Origin: Capsulimonadaceae bacterium
GTDB taxonomy: Bacteria; Armatimonadota; Armatimonadia; Armatimonadales; Capsulimonadaceae
Direction: 5' to 3'
Length of the DNA: 64,000 bases
Assembly (NCBI GenBank): GCA_965215505.1
Contig: OZ244065.1
Location: 5,632,001-5,696,000 of the forward strand
The notes beneath the pieces are model-generated. The model searched no databases, had not been told where the DNA came from, and saw nothing but the letters and a program-made list of their open reading frames with translations. A program made the translations under genes and the position numbers. Shown one piece after another: positions 1 to 9,312 of the stretch (the stretch's first letter is position 1; each line of letters opens with the position of its first letter).

Positions 1-2
1 TT

Positions 3-1100
3 TCCAATGCCATCAAGTATACCCCACACGGGGGCTGGGTCAAGGTCAGCCTGGAAGTCACCGGCGAGAGCAGCGTCACGACCTGTGTTGCGGACAGCGG
101 CATCGGGGTGACAGACGAGGATCAGGCCAAGCTGTTCCAGAAGTTCTTCCGGGCCGATAACACCAGCACGCGGGAGGCGGGCGGGACCGGCCTGGGCCTG
201 GTCATCGCCAAGACGATCATCGAACTGCTCGGCGGCGCGATCTGGGTGGAGAGCGAGCCGGGACGGGGCAGCCGCTTCTCGTTCACCCTGCCGCTCTTCC
301 CCGAGGCGGCGGGCGGGTCCGCGCCCGCCCCGGTCGCCCTGCCGGATCGGGGCATCGGCCTGGTCCTGATCGTGGACGACGACGGCTACGTCCGCAGCCT
401 GATCCGCCACGCCCTGCACCGGCGCGGATACGGCACGCTGGAGGCCGGGGACGCGCGGGAGGCGCAGCAGAAGGCGCGGCTTCACAAGCCCGATGCCATC
501 ACGCTGGACATGATGATGCCGGACATGGAAGGCCTGCGCGCCCTGCGCGCGCTCAAGGAGGACCGGGCCACGTCGCCGATCCCGATCATCGTCCTCTCCG
601 TGCTGGGCGACCCCGCGCGGGGGGAGCTGGCGATGGGCGCGTTCTCGTTCCTGCAAAAGCCGCTGTCGTCTCTGGAGCTTTCGTCGGTCATCGCCGCCGC
701 CCTGCATGGGAAGCCGGCCGGTAAGGCGCTGGGGGTCTGCGGGCGGGACGCGGCCGTCTGCGAGGATCTGGAAGGGGCGGCAGCACGGCTGCGAACCGAA
801 GGGATCACGCTCCACCTGGCCGCGACCGCGCCGGACGCCGTCGCGTATGTCATCACCGAGTCGCCTGCGCTCATCCTGCTCGACTCGGAGGCGTCCGACC
901 GTGAGCTGTTCGAGTTGCTGAACGCCCTGAAGGCCGAGGAAGAGGCCGCCCGCATCCCGATCGTCCTGCTGACCGAGGACGTCTCGCAGGAAGGCTTGCA
1001 CTTCCATACCGGCGCGGCGGCGGACAACACGGCCCTGCTGGACTATCTGTGTGAACAACTCCACCGAGTCCTCTTGACGCCCGAGATGCGGGTGAAGTGA
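3..1100 (+). CDS. Hybrid sensor histidine kinase/response regulator, 5'-truncated by the window edge (HATPase + receiver + degenerate receiver)
   Basis: Frame is open from base 3: N box SNAIKYT, G1 DSGIG, F box LFQKFFRAD, G2 GGTGLGL; receiver VLIVDDD...DAITLDMMMP...FLQKP; second, degenerate receiver (LILLDSE). Confidence 0.9.
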   Translation, partial: SNAIKYTPHGGWVKVSLEVTGESSVTTCVADSGIGVTDEDQAKLFQKFFRADNTSTREAGGTGLGLVIAKTIIELLGGAIWVESEPGRGSRFSFTLPLFPEAAGGSAPAPVALPDRGIGLVLIVDDDGYVRSLIRHALHRRGYGTLEAGDAREAQQKARLHKPDAITLDMMMPDMEGLRALRALKEDRATSPIPIIVLSVLGDPARGELAMGAFSFLQKPLSSLELSSVIAAALHGKPAGKALGVCGRDAAVCEDLEGAAARLRTEGITLHLAATAPDAVAYVITESPALILLDSEASDRELFELLNALKAEEEAARIPIVLLTEDVSQEGLHFHTGAAADNTALLDYLCEQLHRVLLTPEMRVK

Positions 1101-1115
1101 AGGAAGCTGAGTACT

Positions 1116-2156
1116 ATGCCTGAGTATAACGTCGCCGTCGTCGGCGCGGGCGTCGTCGGCAAGGAGATGCTGCGCGTTCTCGCCGAACACCATTTCCCGG
1201 CGCGGGAGGTTCGCGTCCTGGCCCGGAGCGAGCGGACGCTGACGGTGGACGGTCGCGACTACGAAGTCCGCGCCACCACCCCGGAGGCCTTTGACGGGGT
1301 ACACATCGCCCTGTTCGCCGGGACCGAGGGCGAGAAGGGGGCGGCCGTCACCTTCGGCCCGGAGGCGGTCCGGCGCGGCGCGGTCATCATTGACAACGGT
1401 GCGGACTTCCGGATGCGCCCCGACGTCCCGCTCGTCGTCCCCGAGGTCAACGCCGAGGCCCTGAAACGGCACGAGGGCATCGTCGCCAACCCGAACTGCT
1501 CGACGGCCCAGCTCGTCCTCGCCCTCAAGCCGCTGCACGACGCCGTGCGCGTCACGCGCGTTCTCGTCGCCACCTACCAGGCCGTGTCCGGCGCGGGCGG
1601 CGCGGCGGCGGAGGAGCTGAAGGACCAGAACATCGCGCTGTCCGAGGGCCGCGCCATCACGCAGCCCGGCCCGGCCTTCGCGGTCCAGATCGCCGCGAAC
1701 GTCATCCCGCAGATCGGCGGCTTCGACGAGGCGGGCTACACGTCCGAGGAGATGAAGCTGGTCCACGAGACGCACAAGATCATGGGCGACGACACCATCC
1801 GGATCACGCCCATCGTCGCTGCCCGCGTCCCGGTCTTCGTCGGCCATTCCGAGGCGGTCTACATCGAAACCGAGCGGCCCATCACGCCCGCCGAGGCCCG
1901 CGCCCTCTGGCATGACGCGCCCGGCATCGGCGTCCTGGACGAAACCGGCGGGGATGACCCGTACCGCGCCTACCCGACCCCGCTGATGGCGGCGGGCAAG
2001 GACACGACCTATGTGGGACGCATCCGGCAGGATTTGGGCAGCCCGAACGGCCTGAACTTCTGGGTCGTCAGCGACAACCTGCGGAAAGGCGCGGCGACGA
2101 ACGCCGTCCAGATCGCCGAGAGCCTTGTAGCGCAGAACCTTTTGAGGAAGAACTAA
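1116..2156 (+). CDS. asd: Aspartate-semialdehyde dehydrogenase
   Basis: VAVVGAGVVG, ANPNCST catalytic Cys, YQAVSGAG, DNLRKGAATNAVQIAE. Confidence 0.97.
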   Translation: MPEYNVAVVGAGVVGKEMLRVLAEHHFPAREVRVLARSERTLTVDGRDYEVRATTPEAFDGVHIALFAGTEGEKGAAVTFGPEAVRRGAVIIDNGADFRMRPDVPLVVPEVNAEALKRHEGIVANPNCSTAQLVLALKPLHDAVRVTRVLVATYQAVSGAGGAAAEELKDQNIALSEGRAITQPGPAFAVQIAANVIPQIGGFDEAGYTSEEMKLVHETHKIMGDDTIRITPIVAARVPVFVGHSEAVYIETERPITPAEARALWHDAPGIGVLDETGGDDPYRAYPTPLMAAGKDTTYVGRIRQDLGSPNGLNFWVVSDNLRKGAATNAVQIAESLVAQNLLRKN

Positions 2157-3058
2157 TGGCAAGCCCCGAGCCGATCTTTGGCCGCGTCCTGACCGCCATG
2201 ATCACTCCCTTCGACGCGGCGGGGAACGTGGATTACGCTGAGGCCGCGCACATCGCGCAGTGGCTGACCGAACACGGCTCGGACGGGCTGGTCGTCACCG
2301 GCACCACCGGCGAGAGCGCGACCCTGAGCCTGGACGAGAAGATGCGGATGTACGAAACCGTCGTCAAGGCCGTCGGTGGTCAGGCCAAAGTCCTGGCCGG
2401 GACGGGCAGCTACGACACCGCCGAGACGGTGGAACTGACGCGGGCGGCCTCCGAAACGGGCATAGACGGCCTGCTCGTCGTCACCCCCTACTACAATCGG
2501 CCCTCCCAGGAGGGCCTGTACCAGCATTATCAGGCTGTCGCGGGGGCTACCGCACTCCCCATAATGCTCTACAATGTCCCGGCCCGCACCGGGATCAACC
2601 TGGAAGCGGCGACTGTGCTGCGCCTAACCCAAATCGAGAACATCGTCGCCGTGAAAGAGGCCAGCAAACTGCTGGACCAGGTCGGCGAGATCATCGCGGG
2701 CGCACCCGAAGGCTTCCAGGTCTATGGCGGGGCCGACGAGGTCAATCTGCCCATCCTCGCGCTCGGGGGTGTCGGCAACGTCAGTGTGATCTCACACGTC
2801 GTCGGCCCTGACCTCCAGAAGATGCACCAGGCGTTCTTCCAGGGCGACCTGGAAACCGCCCGCCGGATTCACCTGGACACGCTGCCCATCACGCGGGCGA
2901 TGTTCATCGCCCCCTCCCCCGTCCCGACCAAGACGGCCCTCGCGATGATGGACGTCCTGCCGTCCAGCCGCGTCCGCCTGCCTCTGGTCGAAGCCAATGA
3001 GAAAGAACGCGGCCTCATTCACGCCGCACTGAAAGACTATGGGCTGCTGCGCGGCTGA
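2156..3058 (+). CDS. dapA: 4-hydroxy-tetrahydrodipicolinate synthase
   Basis: TAMITPF, GTTGES, LYNVPART, AVKEAS; asd-dapA-rnj synteny. Confidence 0.96.
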   Translation: MASPEPIFGRVLTAMITPFDAAGNVDYAEAAHIAQWLTEHGSDGLVVTGTTGESATLSLDEKMRMYETVVKAVGGQAKVLAGTGSYDTAETVELTRAASETGIDGLLVVTPYYNRPSQEGLYQHYQAVAGATALPIMLYNVPARTGINLEAATVLRLTQIENIVAVKEASKLLDQVGEIIAGAPEGFQVYGGADEVNLPILALGGVGNVSVISHVVGPDLQKMHQAFFQGDLETARRIHLDTLPITRAMFIAPSPVPTKTALAMMDVLPSSRVRLPLVEANEKERGLIHAALKDYGLLRG

Positions 3059-3082
3059 CGCCGCCAAGCCCGAAACGAGATT

Positions 3083-4807
3083 ATGACAACACAAAACACC
3101 AAAACACGCTCCGGCAAGCCGAATGCCGGCGCTGCGGCTGCCAAAGCAAACACCCGCACACTCCAGATCATCCCCCTCGGCGGCATCGGCGAGATCGGCA
3201 AGAACATGACCGCCGTCCGCTGCGGCGACGAGATCCTCGTCATTGACTGCGGCCTGGCCTTCCCCGGCGCGGACCAGCTCGGGGTTGACCTGGTCATCCC
3301 CGATATTTCCTACCTGCTCGAACACAAGGAGATGGTCAAAGGCATCATCCTGACCCACGGCCATGAGGACCACATCGGGTCATTGGCCTTCGTCCTGCGG
3401 CAGCTCAACGTCCCCGTCTACGGCACACGGCTCACCATCGGCTTCACGAAAGGCAAGCTGAGTGAGTACAAGGTGCTGGACAAGGCCAAGCTGCACACCT
3501 TCAACGCCGAAGACCGGTTCAAGGTCGGGAGCTTCGACGTCGAGCCGTTCCGCGTCGCGCACTCCATCCCCGACGCCGTCGGCTTTGCCGTCCACACACC
3601 GGCGGGGACACTGGTCCACACAGGCGACTTCAAGTTCGACCAGACGCCCGTGGACGGCCAGCTCTTCGACATCGCCCGCCTGACCCGCATCGGCCAGGAG
3701 GGGGTTCTCGTCCTGCTGTCCGACTGCACGAACGTCGAGCGGCCCGGCTTCGTGCCTTCGGAGCGCAACGTCGGGGATGCCTTCGATGCCATCTTCAAGG
3801 ACGCCCCGCGACGCATCATCATGGCCTGCTTCGCCTCCAACGTCCACCGGGTCCAGCAGGCGATTGACTTCTCGGTCAAGTATGGCCGCAAGGTCGCCCT
3901 GATGGGCCGCTCGATGGAGCGGAACATGGACATGGCCCAGCAGATGGGCTACCTGCGTGTGCCGGAGGGCACGCGCATCCGGGCCGACGAGATCGAAGAC
4001 TACTTCCCGCAGCAGGTGACGGTCATCACGACCGGCTCCCAGGGCGAGCCGATGGCCGCCCTCTCGCGCATCGCCGTGGATGACCACCGCAAGCTCAAGA
4101 TCGTGGCGGGCGACTCCGTCATCCTGTCCGCCTCGGCCATTCCGGGCAACGAGGACGCCGTGTACCGGACGATCAACCACCTGTTCCGGCGCGGCGCGAA
4201 CGTCTTCTATGACAGCATCGCCAAGGTCCACGTCTCCGGCCACGGCTACTCCGAAGAGCTGAAACTGATGCTCAACATCGTCGAGCCGCAGTACGTCATG
4301 CCCGTCCACGGCGAGTACCGGATGCTGCACATGTACTCCAAGATCGCCGAGGACATGGGCTGGCCGCCCGAGGACATCATCCGGGCGGAGATCGGCGACA
4401 TCGTCGAGGTCGGCGAGGACGTGGCCGGCGTCGTGGGCCGCGTCGAGAAGAGCGGCGCGGTCCTCATTGACGGCACCGGCATCGGCGACGTCAGCGACAT
4501 CGTCCTGCGCGACCGCATGCACATCGGGACGGACGGGTTCCTGGTCCTGGTCGTCGGCATCTCCCAGGAGACCGGCGAGATCGTTTCCGGCCCCGAGGTC
4601 ATCTCGCGCGGCTTCGTCTACATGGACAAGTCCGAGGAGCTGGTCGAGCAGATCAAGCAGGTCATCATCGAGAAGATCAAGAACCTGCCCGAAGAGGACA
4701 ACGACTGGCTGGTCGTCCAGCAGGACCTGCGCGACGCCGTCGGCAAGTTCCTGTACAAGAAGACCGCCCGCCGCCCCATGATCCTGCCGATCCTGCTGGA
4801 TCTGTGA
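3083..4807 (+). CDS. rnj: Ribonuclease J
   Basis: PLGGIGEIGKNM, THGHEDHIG, HTGDFK, TGSQGEP, HVSGH, RRPMILP C-terminus. Confidence 0.97.
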   Translation: MTTQNTKTRSGKPNAGAAAAKANTRTLQIIPLGGIGEIGKNMTAVRCGDEILVIDCGLAFPGADQLGVDLVIPDISYLLEHKEMVKGIILTHGHEDHIGSLAFVLRQLNVPVYGTRLTIGFTKGKLSEYKVLDKAKLHTFNAEDRFKVGSFDVEPFRVAHSIPDAVGFAVHTPAGTLVHTGDFKFDQTPVDGQLFDIARLTRIGQEGVLVLLSDCTNVERPGFVPSERNVGDAFDAIFKDAPRRIIMACFASNVHRVQQAIDFSVKYGRKVALMGRSMERNMDMAQQMGYLRVPEGTRIRADEIEDYFPQQVTVITTGSQGEPMAALSRIAVDDHRKLKIVAGDSVILSASAIPGNEDAVYRTINHLFRRGANVFYDSIAKVHVSGHGYSEELKLMLNIVEPQYVMPVHGEYRMLHMYSKIAEDMGWPPEDIIRAEIGDIVEVGEDVAGVVGRVEKSGAVLIDGTGIGDVSDIVLRDRMHIGTDGFLVLVVGISQETGEIVSGPEVISRGFVYMDKSEELVEQIKQVIIEKIKNLPEEDNDWLVVQQDLRDAVGKFLYKKTARRPMILPILLDL

Positions 4808-4831
4808 GGCACCGCCACCGAGGCAGATGCT

Positions 4832-5038
4832 ATGGCCGACTCGGAAGAGCATGAAGACATCGTGTGGGATATGGAGGAAGACGCGGACCTACGCGCCGCC
4901 GCCCAGGAAACATGGGGTTTCTGGCATAACCCCGTGGACGACGCCGTTTGGAATGAAGGGGGTGAGGCTGACAAGGGCCTGCCCCAAGGAGAAACCCCAT
5001 GGTCATCGGCAGAATCGGCGCGGACCTGCGCCCCATAG
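4832..5038 (+). CDS. Small acidic protein, possible orphan antitoxin fragment
   Basis: 68 aa, acidic; WHNPVDDAVWN resembles the WNRPEEDTAWS tail of the antitoxin at 46669-46887. Confidence 0.4.
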   Translation: MADSEEHEDIVWDMEEDADLRAAAQETWGFWHNPVDDAVWNEGGEADKGLPQGETPWSSAESARTCAP

Positions 5039-5373
5039 TCCCGATCGTCGTCCAGGGCGCGGACGGGCAGGAGCGGAAAATCCCCGTCCTGCTCTCCACC
5101 GGCTTCGGCGAGGCCCTGCTCCTGCCCCCCGCCGAGGTCGCCGCGCTGGGCCTGCCGCAGACGGGGGCGCGCACGGTCCAATTTCCCGACGGCAGCAGTG
5201 TCGTGGCGACCATCCACCCGGCCCGCATCCTGCTGGCGGGCGAGGCACGAGACGTGGACATCCTGGCCGGCGGCTGGGAGCCGCGCATGGGGATGCATCT
5301 GCTGCAAGGCTGCCGCATCAGCATGAGGTTCCGGGAAGGTGAGGCGGTCAACGTGGAGCGCCTGGAGGCGTAG
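4999..5373 (+). CDS. Clan AA aspartic protease-like protein (AF_0612 type) lacking the catalytic Asp
   Basis: IPVLLSTGF..LLLP...ALGLP...DGS...PRMGMHLLQG pattern; DTG is replaced by STG. Confidence 0.7.
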   Translation: MVIGRIGADLRPIVPIVVQGADGQERKIPVLLSTGFGEALLLPPAEVAALGLPQTGARTVQFPDGSSVVATIHPARILLAGEARDVDILAGGWEPRMGMHLLQGCRISMRFREGEAVNVERLEA

Positions 5374-5377
5374 GCCA

Positions 5378-5486
5378 GCCTGGACTGAAGTACGGTCCGG
5401 CCCCAGAGCGACCCGGCCCTGAAGGGCCGGTCTAGGGTTTTATTGGGGTACTCCCGGCTGCGCCGGCGGGCCGCCCCCTTCGGGGC
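5378..5486. repeat. Cluster of short GC-rich hairpins (REP-like)
   Basis: CCGGCCC-TGAA-GGGCCGG (5413-5430), CCGGC-TGC-GCCGG, GCCCCCTTCGGGGC (5473-5486). Confidence 0.5.
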
Positions 5487-5546
5487 TTCGGAGACGCCTC
5501 CTGTGGCTCCTTGAAGGCTCTCGACCCGCGCGACCTCTAACGAGAC

Positions 5547-7868
5547 ATGAAGAACAGCCTTAGCTTCCTCGTGCTGCTCCTCCTGACCTGTCTCCGGCTG
5601 CCCGCCGCCGGTGCCGCTCCGGACTTCGAGGCGGCTCGGCTCAACGCCGTGTCGGCCAATCCGTCCGGCGTTTCCCTCACGTTGAGCCTGTCCAGCGGCA
5701 GGACTCAGTTCCACCAGGGCGAGGTCATCTCGCTCATCGCCACCTTCGCGAGCAGCCGGCCCAAGGCGTACAAACTCAACACCGGCCCTGGTGACCGAGA
5801 TACGCCCTGGAATACCGATGCATTCTCCGTAGACAACCCGACCGGCGCGGTAGACCCACTGGCCGCCTACTACGCTAACGGCTTTCCCGAAGCCTTCAGC
5901 GGAGCCGGGCCGCAGTTCCAGGACCTCACGGCACAGCCCGCTTCCGTCTCCTACGCTCTGAATGAATGGCTGCGCTTTAACGTACCGGGCCGCTACCGCG
6001 TCTACCTGACGAGTGGCAGGATTATTGATGTCGGCTGGAAATGGCGGGGCCGCCCAGGATTGGAAGGCCGCGTCACGACCTCCAACGCCGTTGACCTGGA
6101 GATACTGCCCCGCGACCCCGCCCTGGATGCTCAGACACTACAGCAGGCGCTGCCGCTCTTCAATGAAGACGGATTTGATCCCAGGACCCAAATCACCCGG
6201 CGGGCCGCCGTCCGCGCGATCCGCTTCCTCGGAACGCCCGACGCCGCGCGGGCGATGGTCGCGCGCTACGGCCACCTCAGCGACATCTACTTTTTCAGTT
6301 CCCCTGCCTATTCCCAGACCCGTCTTGCCCTGTTCGGATTTCGGCAGCCGGCAGTTGTCACCCAGGAAATGGAACACAGAATCGCAGACGCCGACTTTCC
6401 CGTCCCCTTGTTGTTCATGCAGGACCTAGCGCAGACACAGCTCCTCGCCACCCATCCTCAACCCTCGCCCCCCTACAATGCCGCCGACCCCGAGGGGAAC
6501 AAAAAACGGCAGCAGTTGCTCCACGAACGCCGCGATGCCCTCGCAGTGTTGACCAAACAAGATCGGGACCGACTGGCCGCCGCTATCACCACGAAACAAG
6601 GAAGGGCGCGGGCCGTCAGCCTCTACACGCTGTTCCAGATGGGCGTCTCGCCACCAGATACGGCAGCGGATCGGGCGCTGGCAAGGGCGCTGGTGCCCGT
6701 CTTCGACGCCCTGACGACGGAGGAGCAAACTGGCCTGCTTTATGATGAGAGTTGGAAACTAGTGCGTGGTCCGGACATGCTGCCGGTTCTGAGGCGCCTC
6801 CTTGCGAAGCCTGGCCGCATAGATGGGTATGAGGCGCCATGGTCTGAGGCGGTACAACTCGACAGCCTTGCTCTCCGCCGCCTCATGGAGTTGTCGCCCG
6901 TCGAGGGCCGCGCGCTGCTGCTCACGGAAATTCAAAGCCGCCACCCACATGTAGATTTGTCCACGCTGTGTTCCCTCCCTGACAAAACCCTGCCGGGTTT
7001 TGACGCCGTCCTTGCGAATGACCTCGAAGGAAACCTGCACAACAGCGGGGATTGGCAGTACGCTCCGGGTCTGGTCGAGCGCTATGCGACGCGGGCCATC
7101 CTGCCGCGCGTCAAGGCCGCGTATAGCAGCAACGGCGACGGGTGGGGCGGCGACACCCAATCCAGCCTGTTGGCCTACTTCCTGCGGATGGACCATGACT
7201 ATGGTCTGGAGCAGATGCGGGATGCGCTGGCATCACGCAAGAAGAGTGGTTGGTATAAGTCCGTCCTGAGTGATGTCGCCGCTCTCCTCCCTAGCCCCGA
7301 CCCGGATATAGATCGCCTGGCCATCGCCCACCTCGACGACCCCGACCCGGAGGTCGGCGTTGATGCCATCAGGATGCTCGGTGCCTACGGTTCTCCCGCC
7401 GCCGAAGCCCCGCTCTGGGCGCGGATGCGCGACTGGCACCGGCAGGAAGTGGGGAAGGCCGAGCGGAGTACGCCCGCACCGGAGGAACTGGAATACGTCT
7501 TCACCAACGCCCTCGCGACCTCGCCCGGCTGGCTTGCGGACCGCGCGAAGCTCCGGGCGCTGGAGGACCTGTGTATTACGCCAAATGGCCGTGCCAACGT
7601 CGCCGCGTTCTTTCAGCAGTGGCAGGAGCCGGTCACGGTCACCTTCATGCGCGATCAGGGACAATGGTCGGTGGTCCAGTACGGGCAGCTTCCCTCGCTC
7701 GCCGCCCTGGAAAGAAAGCTGGCCCAATTCCCGCGCGGTTCGCGGTTCCGGCTCGCCCACTGGAACTTCCCAGGCCGGGCGGAGCAGGCGCAGGCATTCG
7801 GGCGGCTGAAGCCGTTCCTGGAGGCGCGCGGGATGCGGCTGGAAGAGGAGCCGTTTCCAGCCCATTGA
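5547..7868 (+). CDS. Secreted hypothetical protein: N-terminal beta-rich domain plus helical HEAT-like region
   Basis: Signal peptide MKNSLSFLVLLLLTCLRLPAAGA; HEAT-like LDDPDPEVGVDAIRMLGAYG. Confidence 0.75.
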   Translation: MKNSLSFLVLLLLTCLRLPAAGAAPDFEAARLNAVSANPSGVSLTLSLSSGRTQFHQGEVISLIATFASSRPKAYKLNTGPGDRDTPWNTDAFSVDNPTGAVDPLAAYYANGFPEAFSGAGPQFQDLTAQPASVSYALNEWLRFNVPGRYRVYLTSGRIIDVGWKWRGRPGLEGRVTTSNAVDLEILPRDPALDAQTLQQALPLFNEDGFDPRTQITRRAAVRAIRFLGTPDAARAMVARYGHLSDIYFFSSPAYSQTRLALFGFRQPAVVTQEMEHRIADADFPVPLLFMQDLAQTQLLATHPQPSPPYNAADPEGNKKRQQLLHERRDALAVLTKQDRDRLAAAITTKQGRARAVSLYTLFQMGVSPPDTAADRALARALVPVFDALTTEEQTGLLYDESWKLVRGPDMLPVLRRLLAKPGRIDGYEAPWSEAVQLDSLALRRLMELSPVEGRALLLTEIQSRHPHVDLSTLCSLPDKTLPGFDAVLANDLEGNLHNSGDWQYAPGLVERYATRAILPRVKAAYSSNGDGWGGDTQSSLLAYFLRMDHDYGLEQMRDALASRKKSGWYKSVLSDVAALLPSPDPDIDRLAIAHLDDPDPEVGVDAIRMLGAYGSPAAEAPLWARMRDWHRQEVGKAERSTPAPEELEYVFTNALATSPGWLADRAKLRALEDLCITPNGRANVAAFFQQWQEPVTVTFMRDQGQWSVVQYGQLPSLAALERKLAQFPRGSRFRLAHWNFPGRAEQAQAFGRLKPFLEARGMRLEEEPFPAH

Positions 7869-7970
7869 CTACTTCTCGTTGGCGATGTAGTCCACGATCA
7901 CCTTGCACGGCGCGGCCAGGAACAGTTCGCGGGCCGTGTCGCCGGGCAGGCCGCGCGTCCGGTCCGGGCC
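7869..7970 (-). repeat. Diverged duplicate of the last 33 codons plus stop of the USP gene (8757-8858)
   Basis: Reads GPDRTRGLPGDTARELFLAAPCKVIVDYIANEK* vs RPDRTRGLPGDMARELFLAAPCEVIVDYIANEK*; 11 differences in 102 nt by manual alignment. Confidence 0.95.
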
Positions 7971-8330
7971 TCAGAGTGGCAGGTAAACGATGCGGTCCTC
8001 GTACTCGCCGGGTAGGGCAGCGAGGGCGACCAGGAGCAGATCGTCCAGGTTGCCGGCCATGTCGCGGGTGATGTCTACGGTGAGGATTCCGGGGATGTGC
8101 CGGCCTGCCGCAAGGTGATCGGCGAGATGCACCGGCATGGATTTTCGGTTGTTGGTGACCAGGATGAAGTCGTTCGCTTCGCACCAGAGCAGGATTTCGG
8201 GATCAAGCGTTCCCGACGGCGGTACGCCGGGCATCCCGATCTTCCAGAGGGTCAGACTCGGCGCGCGGGACAATAGTTGGGTCCGGTAGGCGAGCGGCAT
8301 GTGTTCGTCGAGAAGATATTGGATGGGCAT
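7971..8330 (-). CDS. DUF5615 PIN-like protein (putative toxin)
   Basis: YLLDEHM, TLDPEILLWCE, ILVTNNRKSM, HIPGIL; lies downstream of a DUF433 gene. Confidence 0.85.
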   Translation of the reverse strand: MPIQYLLDEHMPLAYRTQLLSRAPSLTLWKIGMPGVPPSGTLDPEILLWCEANDFILVTNNRKSMPVHLADHLAAGRHIPGILTVDITRDMAGNLDDLLLVALAALPGEYEDRIVYLPL

Positions 8331-8337
8331 TAGGCGC

Positions 8338-8730
8338 TCAAGCGGTGATCAAGCGCCCTATCTCTGAGGCTTGCTCTTCGGCCCGTTCGCGCAGGTAGCG
8401 TTCCGGGGGCAGGCCGGAAGCCTCGATATCCGCTTTGAGCGCACGGAGGCGAGTGACGGCGGGTGAAGGGTTCTGACTCTGCTCTGCCCGCGCGCTTCGG
8501 CTGAACTCAAGCCACCTCGCCAAATAATCATCCACACTTTGCTTGTTCCGCAGGTAATACAGGATCGCCGCGTGGACTTGTTCCAGAGTAAGGCTCGGAA
8601 AAGTCTCCTGGATCGCCTCGGGGCTTTGGGCGCGATAGACGTGTTCGTACAAGACCGACTCGATGCCGATGCGGCTCCCTTTGATGCGGATGTCGTCTGC
8701 GGTCAGAAAGTCAAAATAGTCCTCCAGCAT
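8338..8730 (-). CDS. DUF433 protein (putative antitoxin); alternative start at 8760 coupled to the USP stop
   Basis: DIRIKGSRIGIESVL...PEAIQETFPSLTLEQVHAAILYY; GGAG RBS before the ATG at 8730. Confidence 0.85.
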   Translation of the reverse strand: MLEDYFDFLTADDIRIKGSRIGIESVLYEHVYRAQSPEAIQETFPSLTLEQVHAAILYYLRNKQSVDDYLARWLEFSRSARAEQSQNPSPAVTRLRALKADIEASGLPPERYLRERAEEQASEIGRLITA

Positions 8731-8756
8731 TGCATTCTCCAGTCTAGGAACCGTGG

Positions 8757-9257
8757 TCATTTCTCGTTGGCGATGTAGTCCACGATCACCTCGCACGGCG
8801 CGGCCAGGAACAGCTCGCGGGCCATGTCTCCGGGCAGGCCGCGTGTGCGGTCGGGGCGCGCGCCGAGGACGAGCAGGTCCACTTTGCCCTCGGGAATCAG
8901 GGACAGGATGCGCTCGTGCGCCTTGCGGGTGCGGTGGATCACCGACTCGACGTTTACCTTGTAGGGGATGGCGGCGCGCTCGGCGATGTGCAGGGCGTTG
9001 GCCGCCACCGACTCGGCATCGGGCAGGGCGGCGTTCAGCGGCAGGATGCGCGGGACTTCGATTAGGTAGGCGAGCTGGATGCGGGCGTCGGTCCCCTGCG
9101 CCAGCCGGAAGGCGACTTCGAGGGCGCGGTTGGAGTACGGCTGGTCCACGGCGGGAATCAACAGGGAGCGCCACTGGCCCGGCGTCTGGCCCGCGCCCGT
9201 CGGGGTGGGGGAGGATGCGTTGGGGCGGGCCGGGAAAAGGCGGCTGAGGAGGGACAT
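8757..9257 (-). CDS. Universal stress protein
   Basis: LLIPAVD..YSNRALEVA, LAYLIEVP, VDLLVLGAR, APCEVIV. Confidence 0.85.
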   Translation of the reverse strand: MSLLSRLFPARPNASSPTPTGAGQTPGQWRSLLIPAVDQPYSNRALEVAFRLAQGTDARIQLAYLIEVPRILPLNAALPDAESVAANALHIAERAAIPYKVNVESVIHRTRKAHERILSLIPEGKVDLLVLGARPDRTRGLPGDMARELFLAAPCEVIVDYIANEK

Positions 9258-9260
9258 GGT

Positions 9261-9311
9261 TTGACAGGGCCTTTCGGGAAGGGGTACAATCTTCAAGAGG
9301 ATTGTACCCCT
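9261..9311 (+). promoter_or_regulatory. Sigma70-type promoter of mrp with an overlapping 12-bp perfect inverted repeat
   Basis: TTGACA(9261)-N18-TACAAT(9285); AGGGGTACAATC-N8-GATTGTACCCCT (9280-9311). Confidence 0.7.
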
Positions 9312-9312
9312 A

